A DNA stretch of 64,000 nucleotides from Octopus sinensis (taxonomy: Eukaryota): the NCBI RefSeq assembly GCF_006345805.1, contig NC_043009.1, positions 34,534,001 to 34,598,000 of the forward strand, in the 5' to 3' direction. Below are positions 1 to 13,387 of this stretch, in pieces. A program made the position numbers and the translations under genes. How positions within the stretch are numbered: the first letter of the stretch is position 1; each line of letters begins with the position of its first letter. The notes under the pieces were generated by a model. That model saw nothing but the letters and a program-made list of their open reading frames with translations, was not told the DNA's origin and searched no databases.

Positions 1-1260
1 TACACACACACACTTACATTCATACACACACACACCTACACAGCCATACCCTCACTCAGACACACACACACAAACACACACAGACACACACCCATACATA
101 CATACATCTACACACACACGCCTACACACATACATACACACATACATAAACACACACACATACACATACACACACATACATACACACACATACACGGACA
201 CACCCATACATACTTACATACATACACCTATACACACACGCCTACACACCTACATACACACACATGCATACACACACACACATGTACGCACATACACACA
301 CATATACGCACATACATATATACCCACACACATGCACACACACACATACGCACATGCATGCATGCATGCACACGCGCACACCTACACGCATACACACACA
401 CACACGCACGTACACATACATACATACACACACACATACATACACCCATACACATACATGCATCCTACACACACATACATACATACTCACACATACATAC
501 ACACACACACACACTCACTCACACACCTGTATGTACGCGCACACACATGCACATACACACACTTCCACACACCCACACGTACATACATACACACTCATTC
601 ACATACACACACACACACACACGGACACACATCTATGCACACACATATATACACACATACTCACATACATTCATCGGACACACTGACACCCAGACATACA
701 CACAGACACACTCACACATCCACACACATACATACTTACGCGCATACTCGCAGGCGCGCGCACACACGCGCGCACACACACGCGCGCACACACGCGCGCA
801 CACACGCGCTTGCGCCGGTTCGCGCACGCATACGCGCTGCATGCACCTCGCTCTTGGACCCGACTAGACCTCCCGCTCGTTCTTGGGACCGTCGCCTGTC
901 GTTGGGTTCTCCCACGCCCGTCTCCGCGGGACCACTCTTCCATCTTCCCCTCAGCTGGAGTCCTTTTTCCTTAACCCCCCCTTTTTTGTTACACACACGC
1001 ACACACATACACACACCCACTCACACACACATTGCTTAAATATATACATTACTCTTACACACATTCAAATTTACTCGCCATTAATACTACCACGACACTG
1101 GACACACACACACACTACTACTCAACACACGCTGGCACGCTACATACGCCCCCACCCCTTCCCCTCCCTCCCTTCCTCCTTCCTTCATTTTCTTACTACT
1201 GTTGCCTACTACTGTTCGCCCTACCTCACACGCCTACACACAGACGCACACACTGACAAT
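1..1260. repeat. Degenerate CA/TACA-rich low-complexity tract with a GC-rich patch (~750-960)
   Basis: Continuous imperfect (CA)n/(TACA)n; ORFs here are His/Thr/Cys/Val artefacts. Confidence 0.9.
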
Positions 1261-2688
1261 CATTAATTGTGTTGATGTGCCATTTTCTATCATTAATAAA
1301 TCTTATCGGCATTTTTGACGACTCGGGTATGCTAGTATTTATATATTATGTAAGGTTGCTAGGAAGCGCTCCTTAGTAACATGTGAATCATGTTAGTAAC
1401 ATGTGAGCCAGTACAATATATATGCTTAGGTTTGGAGAGAGTAGTGATTAAACCGTCATCCACTCCAATCTAACCTCTTGGACCAGGTAGCTTAAAACCC
1501 AGTACTTATTTCTCGAACGACTGCCATTATCTTGCAATTGTAGCTACTGTACTGTTCCTCTCATTTCTATATTCTCAATTCTCTCTTCTTTTACTTGTTC
1601 TCTATAAATTCCCCATTGACTCCTTCCTTCATTTCTTATGTCATTTTGATCTCATTATTACTTTAAAGCCTTCTCTCTCCCCTTTTATACCGCGATGGCG
1701 TTTTATATTCACATATATTGAGTATTTTCAACCTCCCAAATTTATCTCTCCCGATGATTGAATTGTAAAGGAACTGTTTGGAACAGGTTGGGTCTTTTGC
1801 ACTGTTTGGGTGCAACACAATTTCCTACTTTGTTTCCAAAAAACTACCGGTGTCAGGAACAAGAAAGCAACCTTAGAAAATATGACACTTTATTTCGTTA
1901 TTTACATAAAGAAGGCACGTTGGTAAATTGGTAACCACTTGGTGTAGGTACAGCAAGACTGAAGTTAAACATGTGTAAAGATAAACCTCACAACAACTCC
2001 AGTAGCAACAGAGCCGGTCAAATCTCAAACGTCTGGGACAGTAGCATAGGCTGATAACACGTTAAACACGTCTTCTCTCTTCAACGAACGCCACAGAATG
2101 TTAGTTCCCAGTTTTTAGCGCATGTGCTTTAGGGAACTTCCTTAGGCCTTTCCAGAAGGTTCCAGCCCCGCACACGCACACTGAAGAATGACGTCACTAC
2201 AGAATAAATGACCCTATAATTATAACTTAAGTTTGTGTTATTTGATATATGTCCTGGGTATGAAATTAAAACTACATCCGGTAGCGAGGCTTCAGTCCAG
2301 GAGTTCTGGAGTTGCGGTCGGGTCCCATTTATAGGTTAAATGGATTTTGTAAGGGCAGATTGAGCTCTATGGCTGTAGTGAAAGCAATCAAACTAGAAGA
2401 AGGAAAGCTCCAAAATTAATACCCTCTTCCAACATGCTCTAAACCACCACTGAAGAGCACGGCTAATGGCAATAACGCAAGGTGTGCCCAATAAAATAGA
2501 TTCGCACTATCTCATGTTAGTACGCATTCTGCTGCAGGTGAAGATAGCGTGAAACGATGATGTGATATTCATTTGCTAACATTAATTAAGCACGATGCAT
2601 ACACAACGCACACTACTGTACTCACTGATCAGTGAATTTCAGAAACAGGCGGGAAGGATTGCCTAGATTCTCGACTCTTTTATCTGTG

Positions 2689-4203
2689 ACTAGCAGTATC
2701 GCCCGGCGTTGCTCGGGTTTGTAAGGGAAATAACTATATAAGCATTTTTAGAGAGTTACTTCCCTTATAAATTCGGGCTTTCTTAGCCATTTCTGTTTTG
2801 GTGTCTTCAAGCCATGAAGTCGTTGTTCTAAAAGAACGCTGGTCTCCTTGACAACGCTTTACGACGTTGATTTCCTTAGACTCCCTTCCCCACAGCTTCA
2901 CGAGGGAGGGGAGGGGGAGAAGCAAACAGGTGCAGGTGTGACCATGGACGCCAACTCCGCCGCCATCGACACACGATGCATTTTATGCATTAAAATGGAA
3001 TAAAAAATGATGTTGAATTATTTTTAAAATCGTAGACTCATCGTAGACGCGCGCTAATAGTCAGACGGGCTCGATATGAATCACGACTATAGATACCCGA
3101 ATTTGGTTAAACTGCACCGCAAAATGTGGGAGTAGTTAGGAATCTAAATCGAAGGGGACAGACACTCACCAACTACAGTTTTATATATATAGACTAGCAG
3201 TATCGCCCGGCGTTGCTCGGGTTTGTAAGGGAAATAACTATATAAGCATTTTTAGAGAGTTACTTCCCTTATAAATTCGGGCTTTCTTAGCCATTTTGTT
3301 TTGGTGTCTTCAAGCCATGAAGTCGTTATTCTAAAAGAACGCTGGTTTCCTTCACAACGCATTACGACGTTGATTTCTTTACACTCCCTTCCCCACAGCT
3401 TCACGAGGGAGGGAAGGGGGAGAAGCAAACAGGTGCAGCTGTGAGCGTGGACGCCAACTCCGCCGCCATCGACACACGATGCATTTTATGCATTAAAATG
3501 AATAAAAAAATGATGTTAAATTATTTTTAAAATCGTAGACTCATCGTAGACGCGCGCTAATAGTCAGACGGGCTCGATATGAATCACGACTATAAGATAC
3601 TCGAATTTGGTTAAACTGCACCGCAAAATGTGGGAGTAGTTAGGAATCTAAATCGAAGGGGACAGACACTCACACAACTACAGTTTTATATATATAGACT
3701 AGCAGTATCGCCCGGCGTTGCTCGGGTTTGTAAGGGAAATAACTATATAAGCATTTTTAGAGAGTTACTTCCCTTATAAATTCGGGCTTTCTTAGCCATT
3801 TCTGTTTTGGTGTCTTCAAGCCATGAAGTCGTTATTCTAAAAGAACGCTGGTTTCCTTCACAACGCATTACGACGTTGATTTCTTTACACTCCCTTCCCC
3901 ACAGCTTCACGAGGGAGGGAAGGGGGAGAAGCAAACAGGTGCAGCTGTGAGCGTGGACGCCAACTCCGCCGCCATCGACACACGATGCATTTTATGCATT
4001 AAAATGGAATAAAAAATGATGTTAAATTATTTTTAAAATCGTAGACTCATCGTTGACGCGCGCTAATAGTCAGACGGGCTTGATATGAATCACGACTATA
4101 AGATACCCGAATTTGGTTAAACTGCACCGCAAAATGTGGGAGGAGTTAGGAATCTAAATCGAAGGGGACAGACACTCACACAACTAGAGTTTTATATATA
4201 TAG
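2689..4203 (+). mobile_element. Head-to-tail trimer of a ~505-bp non-autonomous Helitron/HINE-like element
   Basis: Near-identical units start ACTAGCAGTATCGCCCGGCGTTGCTCGGG (5' hairpin) at 2689, 3193 and 3698 and end ...ACAGACACTCAC...TTTTATATATATAG; no TSD; dispersed copies elsewhere in window. Confidence 0.75.
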
Positions 4204-4940
4204 ATATAAGAGTATCAACTCTCCGGATATTTACCTACCTATGAAGAACTACTCTGGTCTTTCTTTTAGCTCTTTTATTGCTTAATCATATTTATTTAAT
4301 TATGTATTGCCATCTGAGCAAGGCTACTCAAAGATCCCTTGAAACCTAGATCATTGAACACTCGCTAGGAGATTTACAGCCCTTGAATCCATTTCAATGC
4401 TACTTGCTTCAAGCATTGGATTCCCTGTTCTCCGATAGACACAGAAGCGTCTGTAGCATACGCTTGAGGGGAATTCCTCTCTCTTTGTTATATATACATA
4501 AATATGGACGTAGTAGATAAGAGCTAGCCTTCGGTCAAGCAGCCTAAGGAATAAATCCTTTGTTCTCGCTTCCTTTGGCCCACAAGAAATTAGTCCAAGG
4601 GAGATAACCAATCCCCACTGACCCGCGGACTATTTATTCTTTGGTGACTAAATGACCAAATAACCATAACGGATTCCTGCCTCCCAGAGGAGAAGAGTTA
4701 CATTTGTCTTCGGCTTTAGAGTCTGGCGAGACGTTCATGGGCTAGGACCTTTGTGGATGCAAGACCATTGATCACTCTATGACCGGACATAGACTTAACT
4801 GTGTGTGTGTGTGTATAAGAAATAATGATAAACACAAGTTTACTATAGTTGTTTGGAGCCCTGCTATAAGTGTTCCTAGTGTATTTAGATATTCAACTAC
4901 AGCAAATCACCAGGAAACATTTTATTGCATTAAGTTACAG

Positions 4941-4975
<35 letters not shown>

Positions 4976-5281
4976 CGCGTACAGTTAGATGTACGACTAC
5001 TGCTCTATGATTTAGACCTTCAAGTAGTCAGATGTAAATACACCAACACCGGTTGTCAAGTGGTGATGAAGGACAAATTCGGGTATACACACTCACACAG
5101 GGTTTCCTTTAAACCCTGTTACTTATTCTATCGGTCATTTTTGCCGAACCGCTAAGTCATAGGGACGTAAACACACCCACAGTAGTTGTTAAATGGTGAT
5201 AAGGAACAAATACGGTACACCCACACATGCACACACGCACATGCACGCGCGCACGCGCCGCACACACACACGCGCGCGCAC

Positions 5282-5313
<32 letters not shown>

Positions 5314-5472
5314 CACACACACACACACCACACACACACACACACAGAAGACACTTTCCAAAATGCCAGATGGGACCGAACTCAGAAGCAAACCTCTTAC
5401 CCACGTCAGCACCTATGGATCTCCGAGCCCCCAGAAACAGCTGTTGGATCTATTAATATAAATATCTATATA

Positions 5473-5613
5473 TAAGGTTGTCCCAAAAGTTCGTAGAAAG
5501 TCTTGGAAAATAATGATCTTTATTTTGAGGAATAATTTTTGTTGTTTTTGTTAGTACTTGGCGAGTAAAAATTCAATTTTCGCAAGTGTTTACGAACTTT
5601 TGGGACAACCTAA
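5473..5613. mobile_element. Mariner-derived MITE (~141 bp)
   Basis: TIRs taaggttgtcccaaaagttcgta / tacgaacttttgggacaacctaa, TA on both sides; TIR start resembles the mariner at 42670. Confidence 0.8.
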
Positions 5614-5633
5614 TATTTATACTTAAATCTCTC

Positions 5634-5651
5634 TCTATATATATCTCTCTT

Positions 5652-5730
<79 letters not shown>
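5634..5730. repeat. (TA)n microsatellite
   Basis: Direct reading. Confidence 0.95.
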
Positions 5731-5732
<2 letters not shown>

Positions 5733-5828
5733 CGGGAAGCTTTATGAAAATAGACAAAAGACGAAGGCAGGTGGAATACAAACAAACAATTGTATTAGTA
5801 TGGCGCTCAGGAATATAAATAAAACAAG

Positions 5829-5866
5829 TCTTTTACGTTTCGAGCCTACGCTCTTCAACAGAAAGA
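5829..5866 (-). ncRNA. Minimal type I hammerhead-like motif with CUGUUGA core variant
   Basis: Minus strand: tcttt CTGTTGA A gagc gtag gctc GAAA cg TA aaaga; stems I and II pair; within a ~210-bp module flanked by TA runs. Confidence 0.6.
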
Positions 5867-6680
5867 TACACAGAAAAGAAACACAGAAAGAAACAAGGAG
5901 AGAAAAAAAAATGCGCGCAGAAGCTAGCGAATCAACATATATATATTGCAAATAATAAGATTCGTTGAAATTGGAATGTATGTACCTCCAGCAAACTCAG
6001 AACGTAAACGCCTGTAACAAAATACTATGAAGGAATTTTGTTCGTGCTCTAGAGACTCTGCCATTTCATTTTCTGAGCTCGTTATCAGCAACAAAACCAA
6101 CAACGACAACTAGCGCCAGTAGAATTGACTTTCATTCTTCCCTTTAATTCCTATTCGGAAAATTTGAATCTTATAGCAATGAAATAATTTTATTCGCCAA
6201 GATGCAAAAGGGTAAGGGAAGTAACTCTCGCAGCTAACTCTTTTACATTTAACCATAGTTTTCTCCCTTTGCCACCTGTTTATTCACAGAGCACATTAAC
6301 TTCTTCATATGTACCTATGAGTCATATAGTAATATTGCGAGACAAAGGCCATGTGTTTTCGTTACATACATACCCGTGCACTAACATAAAATAACAAAAA
6401 TATATTTCCTATAGACATACACTCTCATAGACACACACATCTACATACGCACTCTCAAACAACGACCCTCCTCCCCGTATTCACAAATATATTTTCGCCT
6501 ACATCTAACATACTATTAACAACAGCCAATTGTTTGCGTTTGCGATAAAAATGTGTTTCTAATGTTACACTGAGATGGGGAAAGTTGTGCATATCTGAGA
6601 GAGACTATTTATGTGAAACTCACACCAGCATCTCACCGAACGTCCTACTTACACACTTCCTCTTTTGCATATTACCCTCT

Positions 6681-6900
6681 CTCTTTTACTCTTTTATTTG
6701 TTTCAGTCATTTGACTGCGGCCATGCTGGAGCACCGCCTTTAGTCGAGTAAATCGACCCGGGACTTATTCTTTTGTAAGCCTAGTACTTATTCTATCGGT
6801 CTGTTTTGCCGAACCGCTTAGTTACGGGTACGTAAACACACCAGCATCGGTTGTCAAGCGATGTTGCGGGGACAAACACAGACATACAAACATACACACA

Positions 6901-6941
<41 letters not shown>

Positions 6942-7106
6942 ACACACACACAAACATATGTATATACATATACATATATACGACGGGCTTCTTTCAGTTT
7001 CCGTCTACCAAATCTACTCACAAGGCTTTGGTCCCCCCGAGGCTATAGTAGAAGACGCTTGTCCGCACTGAACCCGGAACCATGTGGTAGGTAAGCAAGC
7101 TACTTA
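6681..7106 (-). mobile_element. tRNA-derived SINE, family A (head clipped)
   Basis: Matches intact copies at 28420 and 36442; internal (CA)n; (GAGTAAAA)n-like tail. Confidence 0.9.
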
Positions 7107-7264
7107 AAAAAAAAATATCATTTTACTAATACTGTTAGCATCACCACGGACGCCATCATTTGAAATCAACGAGGAGACAATTTGGATGATCGATTTGTTA
7201 GAAATCACGCCTTGTTATTGAGGAACAGTGAAGAATAAAGTCCGAGATACAGTGATCCGATAAC

Positions 7265-7311
7265 TAATTGTTCATGTGTGTGTGTATGTATGAATATGTA
7301 TGTATGTATGA

Positions 7312-7342
<31 letters not shown>

Positions 7343-7675
7343 TGTATGTATGTATGTATGTATGTATGTATGTATGCATGCATGCATGTATGTATGTATG
7401 TATGTATGTATGTATGTATGTATGTTTGTATGTATGTATGTATGGGCCACAACCCGGCAGAAAATCCTCGGAGTGTCTGTTTCGGCAACCGGCGGCTCCT
7501 CGGTCGTTCTGTCCCTGCGTCTGCGGACAATCTGCGGCAAACAGGATGTCTCTACATGCGGGATTGTTGTGAACCGCTTGTGAAATCCACATATTCCCAC
7601 GAAACTTCTTCCAAGGAAGAAGCCGACTCAACCCGCCCAGGGTGAATGGCGCTACAAGTACAAGTAAGTAAGTAA
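7265..7675 (+). mobile_element. 5'-truncated non-LTR retroelement 3' end (RTE-like) with (GTAA)n tail
   Basis: 11-bp TSD gatccgataac at 7254-7264 and 7676-7686; tail acaagtaagtaagtaa; clade inferred from tail style only. Confidence 0.65.
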
Positions 7676-7994
7676 GATCCGATAACGTAGCCTCTACGCG
7701 TTTTTTTATTTGTTTGAAATACCAGTTAGATCTCCTTGAAATCACACTATACTCTTTAAACGATTGGATTGTCATGGATGAAATGCTTTTTATAATTGGT
7801 TTATGCAATCACTGTTGACCTGATTCTAAGCAACAGTAGCAAGAGCAACAACTGGCAACTCTAAGGCATTATTTAACCATTCAAAATGTGTTCAGGCCTT
7901 ATAATAAGCGCTGTAACGTCATCGAAAAGTGGATATCTACATTTGTTTATATATCATACTTTCGCTAATTGTTCATATGTGTGTGTGTGTATGA

Positions 7995-8025
<31 letters not shown>

Positions 8026-8113
8026 TGTATGTATGTATGTATGTATGTATGTATGTATGTATGTGTACGCGTGCGTGTGTATGTGTGTGTGTATGTGTGT
8101 GTGTTTGTGTGTG

Positions 8114-8310
8114 TGCGCCTGGCTTTGAGGTTAGGGCGTTGCACTTGTGATCATAAGTTTGTGGTTTCAATTCCTAGACCAGGTAACGCGTTGTGCATTA
8201 GACTGGTAAAAATGAAGAATCCTGCGACAGATCGGTGTCCCGTCTAAAGAGAGAATTTGGGAAGCTGGCCTTATGATCCCCATGGTTTGGGAAGGACCTT
8301 TTACCCTTTT
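8114..8310 (+). mobile_element. Degenerate tRNA-derived SINE
   Basis: A/B-box-like head (tggctttgaggttag...ggtttcaattcc) and ccttttacccttt tail. Confidence 0.5.
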
Positions 8311-9474
8311 GTTTTGCTGGAAAAAAATTTCGGATAGAAAGCTGATATTTTAGGAAATGGAGGTGGGGGTGGGGAATTTAGTAAAAAAATTTTTTTGCAT
8401 AATCGTATGAGATACAGAAATTTGCTAAAATTTTCTGAGAATGCCAAAAAACAAAATAAAAGTGTTATGACGGTTTAAATGGTGTCAGTTCTTCAGTAAG
8501 AACTTTGCCAAATGAGAAAATTGTCGAAAAATTTTACTGATACACTTATTTCAAAACCCCACTTTAACATTATTACAATTTAGTGCCCACCCAGAATATT
8601 CTTAAGCATATCTAGACACCAAAATCTGGCGACGGGCCTGCCTGTCCGGTAGAAGTAGAAAAATATCTGCAGAACTGTGGTCCACATAACAGAAGGCAAA
8701 TAATACAGGTCAGTTATTATTGTTTGCAACTGCAAGATAAAGGCCAGTTCTGTGGCTTCTATCACTTGTTTGTCCCAAGATTTTATCTTGATCTTATATC
8801 TAGGAAGATAAGTGACGAAAATATGGGTCACCAGTGTGCCGTCCTACGGGGACTGAGCAAGGGTAGTAGGAGCAGGGAGAGGCTATAGCTTTTCCATTTG
8901 TTATAGAAAGGAAAAGAAATCCAGTTACTATAACACCCGTGCCGTGATGTTTTCTGGGCACCGTCGGTGATGATGTGCAAGCACTGAAGCTGAAGAAATA
9001 TCTGGGCCACCGCGACGGTGATGACAACAACGAAGACAAATGGGAATAAGTTTGACCATTCTTCTTGGGACATGTTTTTTCACAGCTCCTGTGTTTGAGC
9101 TGCAATCTTGGGCCAAGTATACCAACACTCCACAAGCTGGATAACGCAATGCGCAGTAAAGCAACTCTCACCTCCTTTAGAAAGTTAGTGGCAGGGAAAA
9201 TATTAATACATGGAAAGTCAAGTTGTTCACACATTCCAAGTTGAAAGACATCTAAAATATGTGTGAGAACAAAAAACATCCCCCATGGAAAACAATTTGA
9301 TGCGTTGGGTGTAAGATTTGCCACAGAAGCGGAATTCCATCACTCCATTGAAGGATGAGGATTTCATCCTCCTGTCAACTTATATGGGTAAAGATGCGGT
9401 GGAAGTGAAATCTGCAGCCATGCTACTAAAATAAGCTTCTAATGGCTGACAGCAATAATTTTGAACAATTTGTC

Positions 9475-10312
9475 CAGAATGTTTGATCCTTAGCTACCAT
9501 GATTAATCCTTCTGTTTGCTTTTTTGAGAATTCTCTTTCTCAACCATTTCCAAGTGTCTTCGTCTCTTTCTGCTTCTGTATTCTTCAGAAACTGAGTATG
9601 TACATACTTCCTTCACTGCATCCTTTGTATTTTCTTTCCAATTAATCTTTAATTCTAGTGTTCTGCAGTTCACTGTTTCGTCAACTTTCTAACCTGCTCA
9701 TATCATTTCACAATTCTTTAACCTTCTCAGCTATTCTTTTTCTCCACCATGGTTCTTGTTTGTGTCCTTTTGTATAATTTTTTATTCCAAGATGCTTAGC
9801 AGTTACTCATGTGGCTACTTTGAGCAGCTCGTTCAATTTCAGTGATGTCAGCAGTTTGTATATATCCTATGACATTGTTGACTTGACTCGCTTTTTCTTT
9901 CAGTTTTTTTTTCCTATCTACGTTCTCCAAATTTGGTGACCTATCCTTAATTGTCATCTGGTCCACAATCTCTTCTACTATTTTGATTTCTTCTTCAATT
10001 CCTCTGCTTTGCAATCCTCTCTTAATTCCTCTATCTATATTCAAGATCTCAGTGTTTTCAATCATTGTTTTCAACTTCAACCAACGATTCATTTCTTTGC
10101 CTTTTTATCCATTCGATTATCTAATTGTTATTCATTGGGATCACCTCTTTCAAATTCCATTGCAATGGCTCTTTTTATCTCACCTAACTCTACATCTGAA
10201 TGCTATCCATTTATTTTAAATTGTCAAGTCTGGTCGGCAAGTCTTTGTTCAGTAGTTTCAAAGACACTGATTTCTCTCCATTTGGTTATCATTCGCTTTC
10301 TGTATCCTTTTT
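9475..10312 (-). mobile_element. R4/Dong-like non-LTR retrotransposon remnant with large internal deletion
   Basis: Translates to NVDRKKKLKEKASQVNNVIGYIQTADITE...QEPWWRKRI, then TWKWLRKRILKKQTEGLIMVAKDQ; homologous to 62440-64000. Confidence 0.7.
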
Positions 10313-10314
10313 GA

Positions 10315-10315
<1 letters not shown>

Positions 10316-10374
<59 letters not shown>

Positions 10375-10518
10375 CATCATCATCATCATTATTATCATTA
10401 TCATTATTATTTCTCTGAAGTTTGGTGGATGGCAGAATCAATCTGTCGTTATGTCAATACTGGTGATATTTATTTTTTTCCGACATTAGCTTTATCATTC
10501 GTCGTTGCTGGATCGATA

Positions 10519-10574
<56 letters not shown>

Positions 10575-10615
10575 TAATAATAATAATAATAATAATGATG
10601 ATGATAATAATAATA
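10316..10615. repeat. (TTA)n and (AAT)n arrays in inverted orientation around a ~105-bp spacer
   Basis: Direct reading: 10316-10410 and 10518-10615. Confidence 0.95.
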
Positions 10616-10849
10616 AAGAAATTTACCTGCAAAATATTAAGATCACTTTAATCGATTCAATCTTTCCCCCCAAAATATTAGTTCTTGATTTAGTCTTTGA
10701 AACCATTACTATTGCATATTTAATGGCGACCGAACAATACAAACGGTAGCGATCTTTGGCAGCAGATCATAGAAACGATAATGGGTTAGAGAAAATATGG
10801 TGGCGATGGTAGAAACGACAGAACGTTGGAAGTGAAGAACGCTGCTTAT

Positions 10850-11125
10850 GACTGACGGATGGAAACCTGAATCGCTAAATAGAACCCCTCAGCAACAAGC
10901 CAGTCAAACGAACTTGAAGTAGGAAACGATTGATAGAATTCAGTTGAATAGCAAATACAGAATCTGTGGAAAAAAGGACGAATGTTAGCTATCACAAAAA
11001 GAGTAGAAGTGCAGGCATGATCGTGTTGCTAAAATAGTGCAATAGTTTGTGGATTCAAAGTCACAGAAAGTGGAATGAATGCGAGCCAGGGGCTGTGATG
11101 ATGAATGACAGCAGCAGGAAGTAAA
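10850..11125 (+). pseudogene. Degenerate R4/Dong-like C-terminal fragment
   Basis: IDRIQLNSKYRICGKKDE...KCRHDRVAKIV (decayed CCHC region followed by RHD motif). Confidence 0.55.
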
Positions 11126-11579
11126 TCAGATATAAATGTATAGGACGAAAGACAAAACCTAAAGCAAAACAAAACAAAAAAATAATGAAAAAACAAAAAG
11201 ATGTAAGATCATTGACTTTGCAATACCCACCACTTGTTATGCGCTCATAAATTAGTTTGATAGTTGAGCTCCGATTGGCTGTATGCAAATCAGTTCATAA
11301 CTGGGGTTCGGGACTCTCGTGAGAAAATAATTTCGCGGCCGGGATCCACCCACTGGAAACTGAACGCGTCATTCCCAACGTACCAAACTTACAGAGATCG
11401 ATTAGAGAATTAGTTAAGCGGACGTTGACGAGGTCAGTCCTCAACAACAAATGGTGGTTTGCCCTGAAAAGGCCAATCGGAGTAGAAGCTATAAGGTTTA
11501 GTAAGGTATTAGTGACAGAAAGAAATAAAATAGAGGGGAAAATTAGTTAGAAGTTTAGATGGGGTTCTTAGGGAAGACA

Positions 11580-13385
11580 TCGCAACCGATGTGCTCGCGA
11601 CGAGATTGGTCTGGGACCAAAGCGCAAAGATTGCATTTTCAGAGCTAAGGCGTGTGCTCTAAAAAGTGAGGGAACGAAAGCTGCTCAATTGGCCCCAATG
11701 GCAGAGGTGCAACGTGGTTATAGGTGGACCAAAATGGGTGCACGGTACTCGAGTCCAAACAGATGTGTGCAGTATTTAAGCTGCACTTCGCTCAACTCTT
11801 TTAAACGAATGACAGTCCGGAACGCAGGATGGACTTCAGTGCCTACCTTGATAGCGTTCCACGACTCACGGCAAGAAAAGTAGAGCTTTGCGGGATGTGA
11901 TGATGGGCTGCAAGGTATGAATGGTCTACCAGACGAGCTTTGATTTTATATGCCAGATCTGTCTGGCTGCTTTTAGGAAATATTTACTGCAATTGGCAAC
12001 AGAACAAGAAAACTTCTAGTTCTGTGAGTAGAGGAGCGGCGGTGCTGCTAAGAAAAGACCCAAACAAGCGGTATAAAATAGAAAATTTTAGGCTTATAAC
12101 GCAGCTGAACGCAGATTTCAGAATTTTAGCTAAGATGTTAGCGAAGAGGTTGGTGCTTATACTCTTCTCTTTACTCTTTTACTTGTTTCAGTCATTTGAC
12201 TGTGGCCATGCTGGAGCACCGCCTTTAGTCGAGCAATTGTAAGCCTAGTACTTATTCTATCGGTCTCTTTTGCTGAACCGCTAATTTACGGGGAAGGATG
12301 AAAGGCAACGTCGACCTCTGCAGAATTTGAACTGGGAACGTAATGACCGACACATTTTGTCCGACGTGCTAAAGATTCCGCCAGCTCGCTGCCTTATGGT
12401 CAAAGAACTGATTGGTGATGTACAAATACGCGCCATCTCAAGCAGATCTGTCCCTGGCAACCTCTAACCCATGCGATACATCATAGACATGGTGGGTAAA
12501 GAAGCTGGAATGGATGGAGCCCTGATAAATTTGGATCGATCAAAAACCTTCAATACGGTCGGTCCGCAATGCATGGTGGTTGGTTTCGGCCCCGTTTTCC
12601 TTGGCTGGATTACCGCAATGTACAACGAGATCCGTCAAAGGTTTCCCCCTCTCGTCTTTTCTGTATGTGTAGGCTGTAGGACTACCACTACAGAAACTGG
12701 AGCCGTTGAGAAACATCTCGCGCAAACTAGAACGTGGGAGAACTTTGTCGGTATATGCGGACGACATTACAGTCATTGTGTTGAACACTAGACATAAAGG
12801 GCATTTTAGGGCATACACTAGGCATACAAGCCCTGACAGAAGCAAACATTAACCAAGAAAAGTCAGGGGACCCACCACTCAGCACCTGAAGTGGCGGGTC
12901 TATACCTTCCAATAATGTCATGGGACACTGGAAGGAGGAACCGGTTAACTTGTTCGAGGCCTGGTTTAGTCTGGATTTCCGAGTGGAGAAGAACTGGGAC
13001 GAAGTGACGGGTAGGGTAGCCAGTCTCATTCAGGAATGGGCCGAGAGAAAGCTTTCTCTGAAAGGCCGGAGAGAGGTGGCAAATGTATACATCGCCTACG
13101 TTGTATATTACCACTTGACCATCGTTCTTTGCTGCAGTTTACACCTGACAAAACGAGTGCATAGTCTTCCGCTTTTTGTGGAAAGGACGCATTCCTCTGG
13201 TCAGACTCTCCATTTGTTGCCAACACCCGCTGAATGGGCATGCCGTGGCTGCTGATGCGCAGACATGAGCTGACGGTGAGCAGCCGTTGGTGAGACTCGC
13301 TCTGCCGCAGCTCGTCTGTTTGACTGAGCTGCAGCCCTGGATCAAACGTAGACCGAAACGGCGTCTGGCACCTAGAGTATTGTAA
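11580..13385 (+). mobile_element. Decayed L1/Tx1-clade LINE (RT region), interrupted by SINE fragments
   Basis: ENFRLITQLNADFRILAKMLAKRL; GALINLDRSKTF; YADDITVIV; WAERKLSLKGRREVAN; many frameshifts. Confidence 0.8.
12160..12395 (-). mobile_element. Chimeric SINE insertion: family B head joined to family A tail
   Basis: 12160-12293 matches family A 3' part; 12294-12395 matches family B head. Confidence 0.75.
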
Positions 13386-13387
13386 GG

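Noticed and set aside
228-1266. Long His/Thr/Cys/Val-rich ORFs (also 7205-7808, 31967-32614, 33095-33729, 36834-37455)
   Set aside because: Translations of stop-free microsatellite or low-complexity DNA
1741-1882. CCGATGA...GAAA possible hammerhead
   Set aside because: Variant core, very long stem II loop and poor stems I and III; not distinguishable from chance by eye
8800-9324. 174-aa ORF as a host gene exon
   Set aside because: No recognisable domain; overlaps probable decayed LINE sequence
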